A stretch of DNA of 64,000 nucleotides. It comes from Candidatus Poribacteria bacterium (GTDB lineage: Bacteria > Poribacteria > WGA-4E > WGA-3G). Position numbers and translations under genes: made by a program. Positions 1 through 9,151 of this stretch are shown piece by piece (positions within the stretch are counted from its first letter, which is position 1; every line of letters starts with the position of its first letter). The notes beneath the pieces were generated by a model. It ran no database searches. It was not told the origin of the DNA and saw nothing but the letters and a program-made list of their open reading frames with translations. Location: NCBI GenBank assembly GCA_965261115.1, contig OZ253447.1, forward strand, positions 647,625 through 711,624, written 5' to 3'.

Positions 1-904
1 AGAACCCCTGAAAAAACTGCTCATAGACGGTATTGAGAAAACCCTGTTTCTGTGAGAAATCGGTAATCGTCCCGGCAGTCTGCTCAATCGCAGCGTAGAA
101 CGGCTCCAGAGGACGGAGAAACTCGGAACGATTCAGTGTCCGTTCTGTGAGCACGTCAATGACAGTCTCAATTTCACGGGCGATAATATTTCGGCGCGTA
201 AAGTCGGGATTATCAAAGACCGTGCGAAAGATACGTTCTGTCAACAGATGCTGGATGAGCATCTCCTCTACAGCAGCGACGGAGAGGTTCGGATTCATTG
301 AGACTTGACACTGCTGATGAAAACGGGTAAACGCTTCCTGAAAATGCGGGTTGTTTTGGCGTTCCGTTTCGATTAACGCCGCCAATTTGTCACCGAGTTC
401 CGGCACCGTGTCCTTGAATTCAGCGACGGCGGTATGCCATGCTGAGATATTCTCCGCTTGATAGGTGAAGAAAGTCTGGAGCACTTGGATGAGGTTTCTC
501 GGCTCGGTGATGTCAAGGTCAAGTTGGAGTCGTCCGTGTTGATAGAGAAGGGCATGGGTCGGAGATTGGATGACGATATTTTTCGAGGGGTAACCTGCCG
601 CAAACTTCTTATCCGCTTCAGTGTGGAGATCGTCTTGGGTATCTTTCGCTTCCCAATAGCCGTGTGGTAGACCGTAAGTATCAACGACTTCACCATCCGG
701 TTGGATACGTCTGTTTTCTGGGGTGTAATGCACTTTTTCACAGAGGAGTGTGAGGTCAGAGCGATGGCAGTAATGCTGGAGCAAGTTTTGGAATGCAGTG
801 CGGACGGTGCCTTCATTTTCTATGCCGTACTGCGCATATTTTTCGAGTTCAGCATAGTAGTTTTTGATGGGCTTATGTGTCGGCTTGATATTGAAATCTG
901 GCAT
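1..904 (-). CDS. Partial CDS (N-terminal ~300 aa, continues beyond window start): putative restriction/defence enzyme with N-terminal PD-(D/E)xK nuclease-like domain (type IIG-like)
   Basis: Manual minus-strand translation from ATG at 904-902, preceded by a stop and an AGGGAAAGG SD-like sequence: MPDFNIKPTHKPIKNYYAELEKYAQYGIENEGTVRTAFQNLLQHY...RRIQPDGEVVDTYGLPHGYWEAKDTQDDL..., open to position 1. IQPDG-x14-EAK matches a PD-(D/E)xK pattern. Absent from the ORF track because it runs off the edge; the listed ORFs 373..816(-), 458..670(+) and 701..961(+) are its shadows. Confidence 0.45.
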   Translation of the reverse strand, partial: MPDFNIKPTHKPIKNYYAELEKYAQYGIENEGTVRTAFQNLLQHYCHRSDLTLLCEKVHYTPENRRIQPDGEVVDTYGLPHGYWEAKDTQDDLHTEADKKFAAGYPSKNIVIQSPTHALLYQHGRLQLDLDITEPRNLIQVLQTFFTYQAENISAWHTAVAEFKDTVPELGDKLAALIETERQNNPHFQEAFTRFHQQCQVSMNPNLSVAAVEEMLIQHLLTERIFRTVFDNPDFTRRNIIAREIETVIDVLTERTLNRSEFLRPLEPFYAAIEQTAGTITDFSQKQGFLNTVYEQFFQGF

Positions 905-1083
905 GTCCTTTCCCTATATGTTGTAGGTGAGCGAAGCAATGTCAAATTATACATAGATTAGGGCGGAATTGCAAGGAAAATTTTGTTGTATAGCAGAACT
1001 TTGTAGGAGCGAGCTGCGCTCGCGACCCACTGTGATTGCTAATTGCTGAAAACTGAATACCTCTGAAATCCTTCCCAAGAACA

Positions 1084-1112
1084 TTGACAATTAAGCGTTC
1101 ACACCCTATAAT
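1084..1112 (+). promoter_or_regulatory. Consensus sigma70-type promoter (TTGACA-N17-TATAAT)
   Basis: TTGACA at 1084-1089, 17-nt spacer, TATAAT at 1107-1112, about 30 nt upstream of the ATG at 1142 with a GGAG SD in between. Confidence 0.6.
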
Positions 1113-1141
1113 ACCCTTAAATCAACACGGAGAATGTAAGA

Positions 1142-1465
1142 ATGAAATTTAACATTACAGACTCAGAATTCACAGGTCTATTCGCTTTTTTGGCAGCATG
1201 GGGTCAAGTGGTCGGACTTTGGGCAGTAGGCGTTGCCATCTTAACAGTCGTGATACATATCGTCTTTGCCATAGCCGTCTACCGAGACGCAATCCGCTTA
1301 GATCGCACACGGGCACTGATTATCGTAGGTCCAGGAATATGGTGTATAGCAACCCTCATCGGCGGTGTAATCACAGCCGCCATCTATTGGGCAATGCATC
1401 ACTCACGCCTAAACCCAGATATCCCAATCGCCGCCACAGAAACAACAGAAACCGAAGAAGCATAA
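1142..1465 (+). CDS. Small hydrophobic membrane protein (hypothetical, 2-3 TM segments)
   Basis: ORF with GGAG SD; long hydrophobic stretches (LFAFLAAWGQVVGLWAVGVAILTVVIHIVFAIAVY...). Confidence 0.55.
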   Translation: MKFNITDSEFTGLFAFLAAWGQVVGLWAVGVAILTVVIHIVFAIAVYRDAIRLDRTRALIIVGPGIWCIATLIGGVITAAIYWAMHHSRLNPDIPIAATETTETEEA

Positions 1466-1496
1466 GCATTAGCAAGGCTATTACTACTACTTTAAC

Positions 1497-1874
1497 GTGA
1501 GTTTGATAAAAACATACCGCAAGCACCGCATGGATCAATCTGAAAAACAGAAATATCCGCAAGAATACTTAGAAAAATGTCGGCACCCTGAAATCCAAGC
1601 ACTTCGTCCGGAAACAGCAGATACCGAAGACGTATGGATACCGACATCCGAACAACTACAACAACTCCTAACACAAAAACTACCCTACCCAGATCGGTCA
1701 GTTTTCCAACGCACCGCAGACGGTTGGGAATACCAAACCTATTTTCGAGAGTGGGCTGCCGATTACGGCACCTATATTGATACACACAGACAATTCGTTG
1801 GAACCCATGCCGAAAGTGCGCTTTTGCAGGCACTAATCGCACTGCTCGGTATCAGCGAACGATGGATGGTTTAA
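1497..1874 (+). CDS. Hypothetical protein (start uncertain; GTG at 1497 or a later ATG)
   Basis: ORF track; no recognisable domain. Confidence 0.35.
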   Translation: MSLIKTYRKHRMDQSEKQKYPQEYLEKCRHPEIQALRPETADTEDVWIPTSEQLQQLLTQKLPYPDRSVFQRTADGWEYQTYFREWAADYGTYIDTHRQFVGTHAESALLQALIALLGISERWMV

Positions 1875-1889
1875 TCATTAGAGGAAACT

Positions 1890-2600
1890 ATGACATTCGG
1901 AACACTACTAACAACAATTCAAGAATACAAACAGGCAGGCATCTCAAACCCTGAAACCTTAACAACACTCCTGAATGACATGTTTGGCGATTGGTTCGCT
2001 TCACAAGGGATCAGTCGCCTCACGATGCTATCAGCGAAAAAATTATGCCTAAACGTAACAGGCGAGTTAAAACATACCAATTCTGCGAAGGGAATCGGAT
2101 TCCACTCCCGGTTCCTCATAATTTTTTTGGACGACGTAGCAGAAGCACCAGAAACAATAGCAGAGGCACTCGAATCCTACACCTCAGATGGCGATGGGGC
2201 TTATGTCTGGGTGATTCCAGACGGTTACATGGCAGCACTAACACCAGCGGAGCAAGAATGGGAACAACACGGCGGTGGTTATTTCTCGCATGAATCTATA
2301 TGTATCTCCAACACCGCCGATATAGATACCCGTTGTGTCTTAGAGGTGCTTTACGAGGATCCCGCTCTGGAGAACGTCTCTTGTGAATTTGATGTGCCAG
2401 CGCATCGATCGGTGCATTACCGACTCGATAAGCTCAAAGCCGAAAACGGTGAACCGCTGATTGCCAAAGATGCCCCTGTCAGTTACAAAATCACGAGCCG
2501 CGATGCCCGGGTCGTCGTGCAAGGCTCACGCATCCTAACAAGCGGCGAAAATAGCATATTTGCCAGTTTCGGCACCGTCATGGCGTGGTCCCCACAATAA
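1890..2600 (+). CDS. Hypothetical protein
   Basis: 236-aa ORF with AGAGGA SD upstream; no recognisable domain. Confidence 0.5.
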   Translation: MTFGTLLTTIQEYKQAGISNPETLTTLLNDMFGDWFASQGISRLTMLSAKKLCLNVTGELKHTNSAKGIGFHSRFLIIFLDDVAEAPETIAEALESYTSDGDGAYVWVIPDGYMAALTPAEQEWEQHGGGYFSHESICISNTADIDTRCVLEVLYEDPALENVSCEFDVPAHRSVHYRLDKLKAENGEPLIAKDAPVSYKITSRDARVVVQGSRILTSGENSIFASFGTVMAWSPQ

Positions 2601-2696
2601 GCATTTTTACTTTAGGTAAATACTTAGGCGGATACCATCAAAAATCTTGCATTTGAAGGTTTGAATAGTGTATACTAAAAGAAAAGGAGAATCCAA

Positions 2697-3182
2697 ATGC
2701 AAACTGATCACAAACCATTATCTGCCGAGGCTTACTTCATAGCGGGCAATGAGAAGAGTAAGTCAGGGGACTATAAAGGGGCTATCGCCGCCTACACCCA
2801 AGCAATTCGAGTAAAACCAGATTTTGCGCGTGCCTACTACAACCGCGGAGAGGTGAAAGATAAACTGGGCCAGATACCCGAAGCAACAACAGATCTCCAA
2901 ATTGCAGTAAAACTTGCCAAACAAACCAACGATGTCGGTCTTACACTTACCATCGAACAGAAACTTCAATTACGTCGAATTACTGTCGAGCCAGGTAAAT
3001 GTGGTGGACGCCCCTGTATCCGCGGCATGCGAATTCGAGTTACAGATGTCTTAGGCTTGCTTGCCAACGGACTCTCTTTTAAAGAGATTCTTGAAGAAAT
3101 GCCAGATCTGGAAGCCGAAGATATTCTGGCATGCCTCCAGTTCGCTGCGCATAAAATGGACGCTCCCGTAACGACCACATGA
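2697..3182 (+). CDS. TPR-repeat / DUF433 fusion protein (antitoxin-like)
   Basis: Strong AAGGAG SD. N-terminal TPR-like repeats (AIAAYTQAIRVKPDFARAYYNRGEV); C-terminal DUF433 signature GKCGGRPCIRGMRIRVTDVLGLLANGLSFKEILEEMPDLEAEDILACLQFAA. Confidence 0.7.
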   Translation: MQTDHKPLSAEAYFIAGNEKSKSGDYKGAIAAYTQAIRVKPDFARAYYNRGEVKDKLGQIPEATTDLQIAVKLAKQTNDVGLTLTIEQKLQLRRITVEPGKCGGRPCIRGMRIRVTDVLGLLANGLSFKEILEEMPDLEAEDILACLQFAAHKMDAPVTTT

Positions 3183-3523
3183 AGTTTTGGATCGATGCGC
3201 AACTTTCTCCTGCCTTGGCACCATGGATTACTGACACCTTTGCAGTCGAAGCATTTTCTGTTCAACGGCTTGGGCTTCGAGACGCAAGTGATGAAAGGAT
3301 TTTCTTTGCAGCCCGAGCGGAAAAAGCCATTGTGATAACCAAAGATCAAGACTTTGTGCGATTGTTAGAGAGGCTAGGTCCTCCACCTCAAGTTATTTGG
3401 GTAACTTGTGGCAACATATCAAATGCTCAAATGCGTGATGTTTTGCGACAAGACTTTCAAAGTACGCTTTCACTTTTGCAACAAGGTAAATCCTTGATAG
3501 AAATCCCTGCCCTAATTCTCTGA
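3179..3523 (+). CDS. DUF5615 (PIN-like / Mut7-C-type) domain protein, toxin-like partner of DUF433
   Basis: 4-bp overlap (ATGA) with the upstream DUF433 gene; sequence MKFWIDAQLSP...ITKDQDFVRL typical of the DUF5615 family that pairs with DUF433. Confidence 0.6.
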   Translation: MKFWIDAQLSPALAPWITDTFAVEAFSVQRLGLRDASDERIFFAARAEKAIVITKDQDFVRLLERLGPPPQVIWVTCGNISNAQMRDVLRQDFQSTLSLLQQGKSLIEIPALIL

Positions 3524-3551
3524 TTTTAGGTAAATTCTAAGGAGACAGACG

Positions 3552-3920
3552 ATGGATGTGCAAGACTATTTTGAATTTATTGATGAAACCAGCATCCGCA
3601 TCAAAGGGCATCGCGTTTATATTGATGAGGTGTTAGAAGAACGTTTACAAGGCAAAGAACCCGAAGAAATTTTGTGCTGTTTCCCAAAACTGCCCTTAGA
3701 GAAAATCTACGCTACGCTCCTCTACTATGAGGCGAACAAAACCGAGGTGGAGGCTTACTTAGAACGGGTAAGGCAACAAAAAAGAAAATCAGAAAAAGAA
3801 TGGCAGCGAACCCAGGGCTCCACACTCCTATTCGTTGAAGAGCGAGAACATCTGCGAAAAGAGCGGGAAAAACAGATTGCTTCAGGAAAGTTCAACCCAC
3901 TTTGGGATGAACCTGCATGA
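3552..3920 (+). CDS. DUF433-like domain protein with charged C-terminal extension
   Basis: AAGGAG SD; IRIKGHRVYIDEVLEERLQGKEPEEILCCFPKLPLEKIYATLLYY matches the DUF433 pattern I.G.R..V..VL...G...EEIL..FP.L....IYA.L.YY. Confidence 0.55.
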   Translation: MDVQDYFEFIDETSIRIKGHRVYIDEVLEERLQGKEPEEILCCFPKLPLEKIYATLLYYEANKTEVEAYLERVRQQKRKSEKEWQRTQGSTLLFVEEREHLRKEREKQIASGKFNPLWDEPA

Positions 3921-3970
3921 GGCCCCGATTTCTTCTTCATGAATACCTCAAGCACGCAATTCAGGAACAA

Positions 3971-4351
3971 ATGAAACTGCGAGACTACTTCGACTTCAAC
4001 AGCGAAATCGACATACGCATCAAAGGACATCGTATTGCTATTCAACACGTATTAAATAAGTATCGACAAGGCAAAAAAGTTGATGAACTTCACCGCCGCT
4101 TCCCGACTTTATCCATGGAGGAGATCTACGCCACCATCCTCTATTACCTTGCCAACAAGGAGGAAGTAGAGGTCTACCTTGAACGTGAGAGGCTTATGGA
4201 TGAAGAAGCTGGGAAACTCATAGAAGCGTATGGCAGAACTCCGACTCTGATTAATTGGGAAGAACGCTTAGAAGCAGCTAGACAAAAACTGATCACCGAG
4301 GGAAAATACCCCGCGATGCCGAAATCAGCGTCAGAAGACCCTGCGATGTGA
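3971..4351 (+). CDS. DUF433-like domain protein, paralog of 3552..3920 (alternative upstream start at 3917 overlapping the previous stop)
   Basis: MKLRDYFDFNSEIDIRIKGHRIAIQHVL...EEIYATILYY parallels the upstream paralog; AGGAAC SD before the ATG at 3971. Confidence 0.5.
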   Translation: MKLRDYFDFNSEIDIRIKGHRIAIQHVLNKYRQGKKVDELHRRFPTLSMEEIYATILYYLANKEEVEVYLERERLMDEEAGKLIEAYGRTPTLINWEERLEAARQKLITEGKYPAMPKSASEDPAM

Positions 4352-4396
4352 GAGTACTTGTCGTCTGAATCTACGATGAAGCCCCTTCTTCAGAGC

Positions 4397-7300
4397 TTAC
4401 TTTCTAATTAACATTTTCCGCGTAGCAGTAAAATCACCCGCTGTTAACGTATAAAAATACAAACCACTCGCAACAGGTTCACCCACCTCATTTTTGCCGT
4501 CCCAATACGCCGCACGGACGCGACTCTCATAGATGCCAGCGACTTGATGCCCTAACGCCAACGTCCGAACCAAGCCACCATCCGCAGCATAGATACGCAC
4601 TGTCACATCCGCAGGTTCCGCAAGCTGATACGGGATCCACGTCTCCGGATTGAACGGATTCGGATAGTTCGCAAGCAACGCCGTCTTTTCGGGAAGTAAC
4701 GATGCTAAAAGTCGTTGAAGATTTTCGATGCCTTGTCGGAAAGCAACCGACCCGTCATTTTCAACCTCCGCCTGTGCGATCCATGCCTGAATCATCGCCG
4801 GATCCAATTCCGAGTTGTCTATAGCAGTAACATTGAAAGGCGCGACTCCCACAGTTGACTCACCGAAACTTTGTGCCACAACGATCAGATCTAAGACATT
4901 AATAGTGCCATCGCCGTTCACGTCCGATTGGCGGTTGACAGACGCATCAGAACCCAAGTGTTGTGCCACCAGAATCAGATCCAGAACATTTACCAAACCA
5001 TCCTGATTGACATCCGAAGCAGGATACTTGCGGTCTTCTATGGTGATAACAATTTCAGGAACTTCTGAAGGGATCGATTCACCGCCGCTGGAGCCAGCAA
5101 AGAAATTGCTAAACGTTACACGGGTTTCTCCGACAGCCTTCGCTTTGAACGTTACCAACAGCAGCGTACCTGTACCACTACCACCCCCTTTAAGCTTTGC
5201 TGTACTAATATCTGCGATTTTACCTGCTGTGTTATCAATTTCGCCTGGCAGAAAGAAGGTATCTCCAATCTTCACATTCAGAAAATCGCCTTGGCTTACC
5301 GCAACCGCTTCAAGAACAGCAGGATCAAACGAAATATCAGTCTGCCATCCTGCTAAACCAGCAACATCATTCGCATTGAGAAAGAGGCTGAAGGTATCAT
5401 CAAGCTGAACAGGTGTTACATCCGTAGAAAGGGAAAATGGTCCATCACTCACACTCACATCTAAAGACGACGGATCTCCGACAGTGATAATCATATCAGG
5501 TGGACGAGAGGAAATTGTATCACCAAGACTCGAACCCGCTTGAAACTTCCGGAGCGATAATCGACTCTCGCCATTCGCCTTCGCCGTAAATGTGACCGAC
5601 AGCAGTGTGCCTTCGCCACTCGCTCCACCTTCGGATATCCGCGCTGAACCGACACCGATGATTCTCCCTTCTGTATTATCAATCGTGCCTCTCAAAAAGT
5701 GCGTGCGTCCACCACCCTGCTTCAGAAAATTGCCCTCGCTTACGTTGTTTACGTTTACTTTTAGCACTGCCGGATCAAACTTAATATCAGTTTGCCAACC
5801 TGCTAAGTCGGAGATATTTTCCGCTTTGAGTTGAACTGTGAACGTCCCGCCAACCTTAACCTGCGTCGCCGCTGTGGAAAAGGAAAATCTGTCACCCGGA
5901 GGTAATACCGTATATTCAGCATCAGGTGCAAACCCGAAATGGGCAGCTCCCCCCCATCCTCCTTCATAATCAAAAACCGCAACTAACAAGACATTTTTTC
6001 CTTGTTTCAGCCTGACAGGGAAGGATTCCTGATAATCGCCTGCCCACTCCCCGACAAGTTGCTCGTTAACTAATTTACCATTGAGCCAGACTTTGTGGTC
6101 ATTATCGCTTCCAGCAAACATTGTCGTCTGCTGTTCCCTGTGTGAATGCAAGATAATGGAACCATACATAACTCTATGTTGGTGGCTGTCATCAATGCCA
6201 AGAGCACTCACCAATTTTCGTGTATTATGGCCATTAGGATCGATTTTATGGGAAGTCCACACATTATTTCCAACAGATTCATCTTCCGTTGCCCCTTCAG
6301 TAGCAACACTTAGTTCCGTCACTTTACCTCCGCTTGCTTGTGCCAGCAGATCTTTGCCATTGTGAAAACCTTCTCCCGGAAGTACTACCCACAACCACGG
6401 TCCTACTATCTTCGGACCTCCTTGCAGGAAATCACTCGGGTTGCCTTGCGACCTAATAATCGTCTTTTCGGACAACCCTTCCAAAGGTGAAAAGTCAGAT
6501 ATCGCATTGTTGCGGAGGTCTAACCGTTCCAAGTTAGTTAATCCGGCAAGTGCCGATACATCCGATATGATATTGTTCTCAAGATACAACACCTCCAACT
6601 TTATTAACTTCGCAAGTGGCGACACATCTTTGATAACATTAGCATCAAGATTCAGGTGTTCCAAGCCTTTTAGATTCGCCAACGGCGTTATATCGGATAT
6701 CTGGTTATTAATCAATTCTAACCATTCCAACTCGGTTAATCCTGATAGTGGGGTAAGGTCTGAGATGTTACAGTTATTGATTTCCAAACGGCGCAGTGCT
6801 TTTAAACCTTTTAGAGATGGAATAACCGATATCGACCTGTCGTTGCTAAATTCTATCCATCGAAGTCTCGGCAACTTTGCCAAAGTAGAAAAATCTGAAA
6901 TAGGCGTACGATGAGCGGCTATACCCTCCAGGCTAATTAAGCTCGCAAGGGACGACACATCCGATATAGGGTTGCCTGAAATCCCAATCCCGTTTAATTT
7001 TCTTAGGCCTCTCAGCGGAGATAAGTCTCTTATTGAGTTTTCTTCAAGTCCCAACCAGTCTACGTTGATCAAGTCAGCAAGCGGTGATACATCGGTGATC
7101 CTGTTCCCTCGTAGCTTGATGTTATTCAGTCGCGTTAAGCCTTTCAGCGGAGATAAGTCGGATATTGAATTGCGTCGAAATTCTATCCGTTCCAACTGCG
7201 TCGCAGCTTCAAGACCCGTTAAATTGCTAATCCCAGCATCATCCGCCTCAATCCGCTCCAACCTTTCCATATCTGCCGCCGTAATCAAAGCCCCAGGGGT

Positions 7301-9058
7301 CTTGCCAAGTGCCGCTTCAACAGCAGCACGTAGGTTTGCATCAGGGATGGTAAAACCGGTGTGCGGTGGACGTGGCTCAAGCACTGGCGGAACGAAATCT
7401 TCGGAATAAAGGGCAGAAATCACATCACTAAAGTTAGCCGTCCAAACATCTCGTTTTACAACACCCTCACTCAGCAACCCTGCTAAACCCAAGTTTTGTA
7501 AACTCGGTTTATCCTCAATCTCTTTACGGAACGCCTCCGTTTCTAACCCTACTGCTGCTGCTGCGTGTGCCGCATCAAGTTCCCCTTGAAATGCAGCGTG
7601 TGACCAAGATACTGGCTCATTAATATCATCAAAGGTACCCCCTGTCAACGCTAAGGCTTCTTTGTAATCCTCGATGTCCTTTGCTACAAGGACATCCATC
7701 TCCGCTTTTTTGACATACAGGCGCAGGGCAAATTCTTTATCAAAAGGCGGGTTCTTTGTGTTCTCTATGGACGCGCGCACCACATCTTCAAACGTTTTCA
7801 TTCCTTCTGTATGACAACCGATACACGATAAACCGTTCCGCACAGTAGGATCATCATCTGCGGGACTCGGAATGGAAACAATATCCGTCGGTGCCACGTC
7901 TATCCGAGTCCCCGAACCATCTGTAATATAATACGCTTGTAGACCGTTCGGCAGATTGAAGATAACCTCACCCCCATCTTTTTCAAAAGACAACGGATGC
8001 GTAGAGATATCCTTCTTGCCTTTACTCCCAGCAAAGTCGTAGCTTTTCCAATACGCCCCATACCGAGATCGGTGACGCTCCACAACACGATTGTGCTTCG
8101 AGACACCCGACTTCGTCATCCCCGCCCGCCAAACACTCCGCCCCGGCGAACTCATATTTCTGGCAACATCTATATCTAACGCTCGCTCAAGTTCTATATC
8201 CGTCATCGGCAAATCCAGAATATCGTGATACAACGGTGGTAGCGAGGCAGTCGCAAGAAACCAATCTACATGAACAAACGGCACTTCGCAGTTCATATCT
8301 TGCCGTAAACTCGTCAACTTCGTAAGCAAATCGGCTTGTGTTTCCGGATCGTATTCTATGGTGTACGGATATTCTGCCTCAATCTTCGGCCATGCATTGC
8401 GGAAATCCGCCTCCCATTCATAATCGCGGAGGTCGATGTAGAAAATCGTGCCTCGCGTCGTTCCATCCGTATCTATAGGCTGCGGATTGGTAATATCTTT
8501 CACCCAGGAAAGGCTATTCACCAGTTTTGAGAGACCAATTTGGTAAGTGTGCAGATCCTCTGGGATCTCGCCGGCGTTATAGAGGTGTGTCATCGTAAAA
8601 TAACGGGCGTAGGGCTGGTCAAAAGGAGCGAGCGTCCTAAGATGATTCTGGATGGCAGTTAGCGTGGCATCGGTTGTAATGAAATTGACATCGCGCTGGA
8701 GCACCCACTCTGGTGCCCCTGCAAGAATCCATCGGCGAATCGTATTAATTCTTTCTTCAGGCAGCGGTTCTTCGTTGAAAGGCATCTGGGCACCCTTTTC
8801 AGTCGGTCCGAGAAGTCGTTTATAGAACTCGGAGGCATCAGGGTTCCCAGATACCACTGTTCCGGTAGCAATCAAGCCTTTTGCAGACTCAATGGCGAGG
8901 TTTTCGATAAAGGTACCCCCTGGTCCGTGGCAGTTGAGGCAGTGTTTATGAAAAATAGCATACGCCTCTTGCGCAAGGTTATTTTGTGCCTGTGCGGTTC
9001 CAAATCCCAGCATGACAAATGTTAAGATAACGAGGGATATGTTCTTATTTGTTTTCAT
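4397..9058 (-). CDS. Giant secreted multidomain protein: signal peptide, PSCyt1-like cytochrome c module (two CxxCH), LRR array, LamG-like jellyroll, two cohesin-like modules, dockerin, T9SS-type C-terminal sorting domain
   Basis: Start moved to the ATG at 9058, which has an AAGGAG SD (the track's GTG at 9082 is upstream in-frame). Signal peptide MKTNKNISLVILTFVMLGFGTAQA. Heme motifs CLNCHG and CIGCHT. Internalin-like LRRs (NISDLTPLSGLTELEWLEL...). Dockerin DVNQDGLVNVLDLILVAQ...DVNGDGTINVLDLIVVAQ. C-terminus NYPNPFNPETWIPYQL...YFYTLTAGDFTATRKMLIRK resembles a Por_Secre_tail domain. Confidence 0.75.
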   Translation of the reverse strand: MKTNKNISLVILTFVMLGFGTAQAQNNLAQEAYAIFHKHCLNCHGPGGTFIENLAIESAKGLIATGTVVSGNPDASEFYKRLLGPTEKGAQMPFNEEPLPEERINTIRRWILAGAPEWVLQRDVNFITTDATLTAIQNHLRTLAPFDQPYARYFTMTHLYNAGEIPEDLHTYQIGLSKLVNSLSWVKDITNPQPIDTDGTTRGTIFYIDLRDYEWEADFRNAWPKIEAEYPYTIEYDPETQADLLTKLTSLRQDMNCEVPFVHVDWFLATASLPPLYHDILDLPMTDIELERALDIDVARNMSSPGRSVWRAGMTKSGVSKHNRVVERHRSRYGAYWKSYDFAGSKGKKDISTHPLSFEKDGGEVIFNLPNGLQAYYITDGSGTRIDVAPTDIVSIPSPADDDPTVRNGLSCIGCHTEGMKTFEDVVRASIENTKNPPFDKEFALRLYVKKAEMDVLVAKDIEDYKEALALTGGTFDDINEPVSWSHAAFQGELDAAHAAAAVGLETEAFRKEIEDKPSLQNLGLAGLLSEGVVKRDVWTANFSDVISALYSEDFVPPVLEPRPPHTGFTIPDANLRAAVEAALGKTPGALITAADMERLERIEADDAGISNLTGLEAATQLERIEFRRNSISDLSPLKGLTRLNNIKLRGNRITDVSPLADLINVDWLGLEENSIRDLSPLRGLRKLNGIGISGNPISDVSSLASLISLEGIAAHRTPISDFSTLAKLPRLRWIEFSNDRSISVIPSLKGLKALRRLEINNCNISDLTPLSGLTELEWLELINNQISDITPLANLKGLEHLNLDANVIKDVSPLAKLIKLEVLYLENNIISDVSALAGLTNLERLDLRNNAISDFSPLEGLSEKTIIRSQGNPSDFLQGGPKIVGPWLWVVLPGEGFHNGKDLLAQASGGKVTELSVATEGATEDESVGNNVWTSHKIDPNGHNTRKLVSALGIDDSHQHRVMYGSIILHSHREQQTTMFAGSDNDHKVWLNGKLVNEQLVGEWAGDYQESFPVRLKQGKNVLLVAVFDYEGGWGGAAHFGFAPDAEYTVLPPGDRFSFSTAATQVKVGGTFTVQLKAENISDLAGWQTDIKFDPAVLKVNVNNVSEGNFLKQGGGRTHFLRGTIDNTEGRIIGVGSARISEGGASGEGTLLSVTFTAKANGESRLSLRKFQAGSSLGDTISSRPPDMIITVGDPSSLDVSVSDGPFSLSTDVTPVQLDDTFSLFLNANDVAGLAGWQTDISFDPAVLEAVAVSQGDFLNVKIGDTFFLPGEIDNTAGKIADISTAKLKGGGSGTGTLLLVTFKAKAVGETRVTFSNFFAGSSGGESIPSEVPEIVITIEDRKYPASDVNQDGLVNVLDLILVAQHLGSDASVNRQSDVNGDGTINVLDLIVVAQSFGESTVGVAPFNVTAIDNSELDPAMIQAWIAQAEVENDGSVAFRQGIENLQRLLASLLPEKTALLANYPNPFNPETWIPYQLAEPADVTVRIYAADGGLVRTLALGHQVAGIYESRVRAAYWDGKNEVGEPVASGLYFYTLTAGDFTATRKMLIRK

Positions 9059-9151
9059 TACCCGTCTCCTTTGAAGATACACCTATCGTTTTTTAGTTCG
9101 GTCCGGTGCGGTTAGGAAACCGCATCTACCTTTCTTGCGACGAACAGCAAT

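Noticed and set aside
373-961. ORF-track ORFs 373..816(-), 458..670(+), 701..961(+)
   Set aside because: All overlap the real minus-strand edge gene (1..904) in other frames, and their translations are low-complexity and implausible; they are shadow ORFs.
4815-7409. Plus-strand ORFs inside the giant minus-strand gene (4815..5006, 5007..5408, 5592..5834, 6081..6365, 6441..6914, 6972..7409, 10845..11393 etc.)
   Set aside because: Antisense ORFs produced by the repetitive LRR-coding DNA. Ser/Pro/Arg-rich translations with no SD; they fully overlap a well-supported gene.
9083-9151. Intrinsic terminator between the two LRR genes
   Set aside because: A hairpin (CCGGTGCGGTT-AGGA-AACCGCAT) is present but is followed by an A-rich rather than a U-rich tract on the transcribed strand; it belongs to the CCGGTAGG...AACCG.ACCGG repeat family instead.
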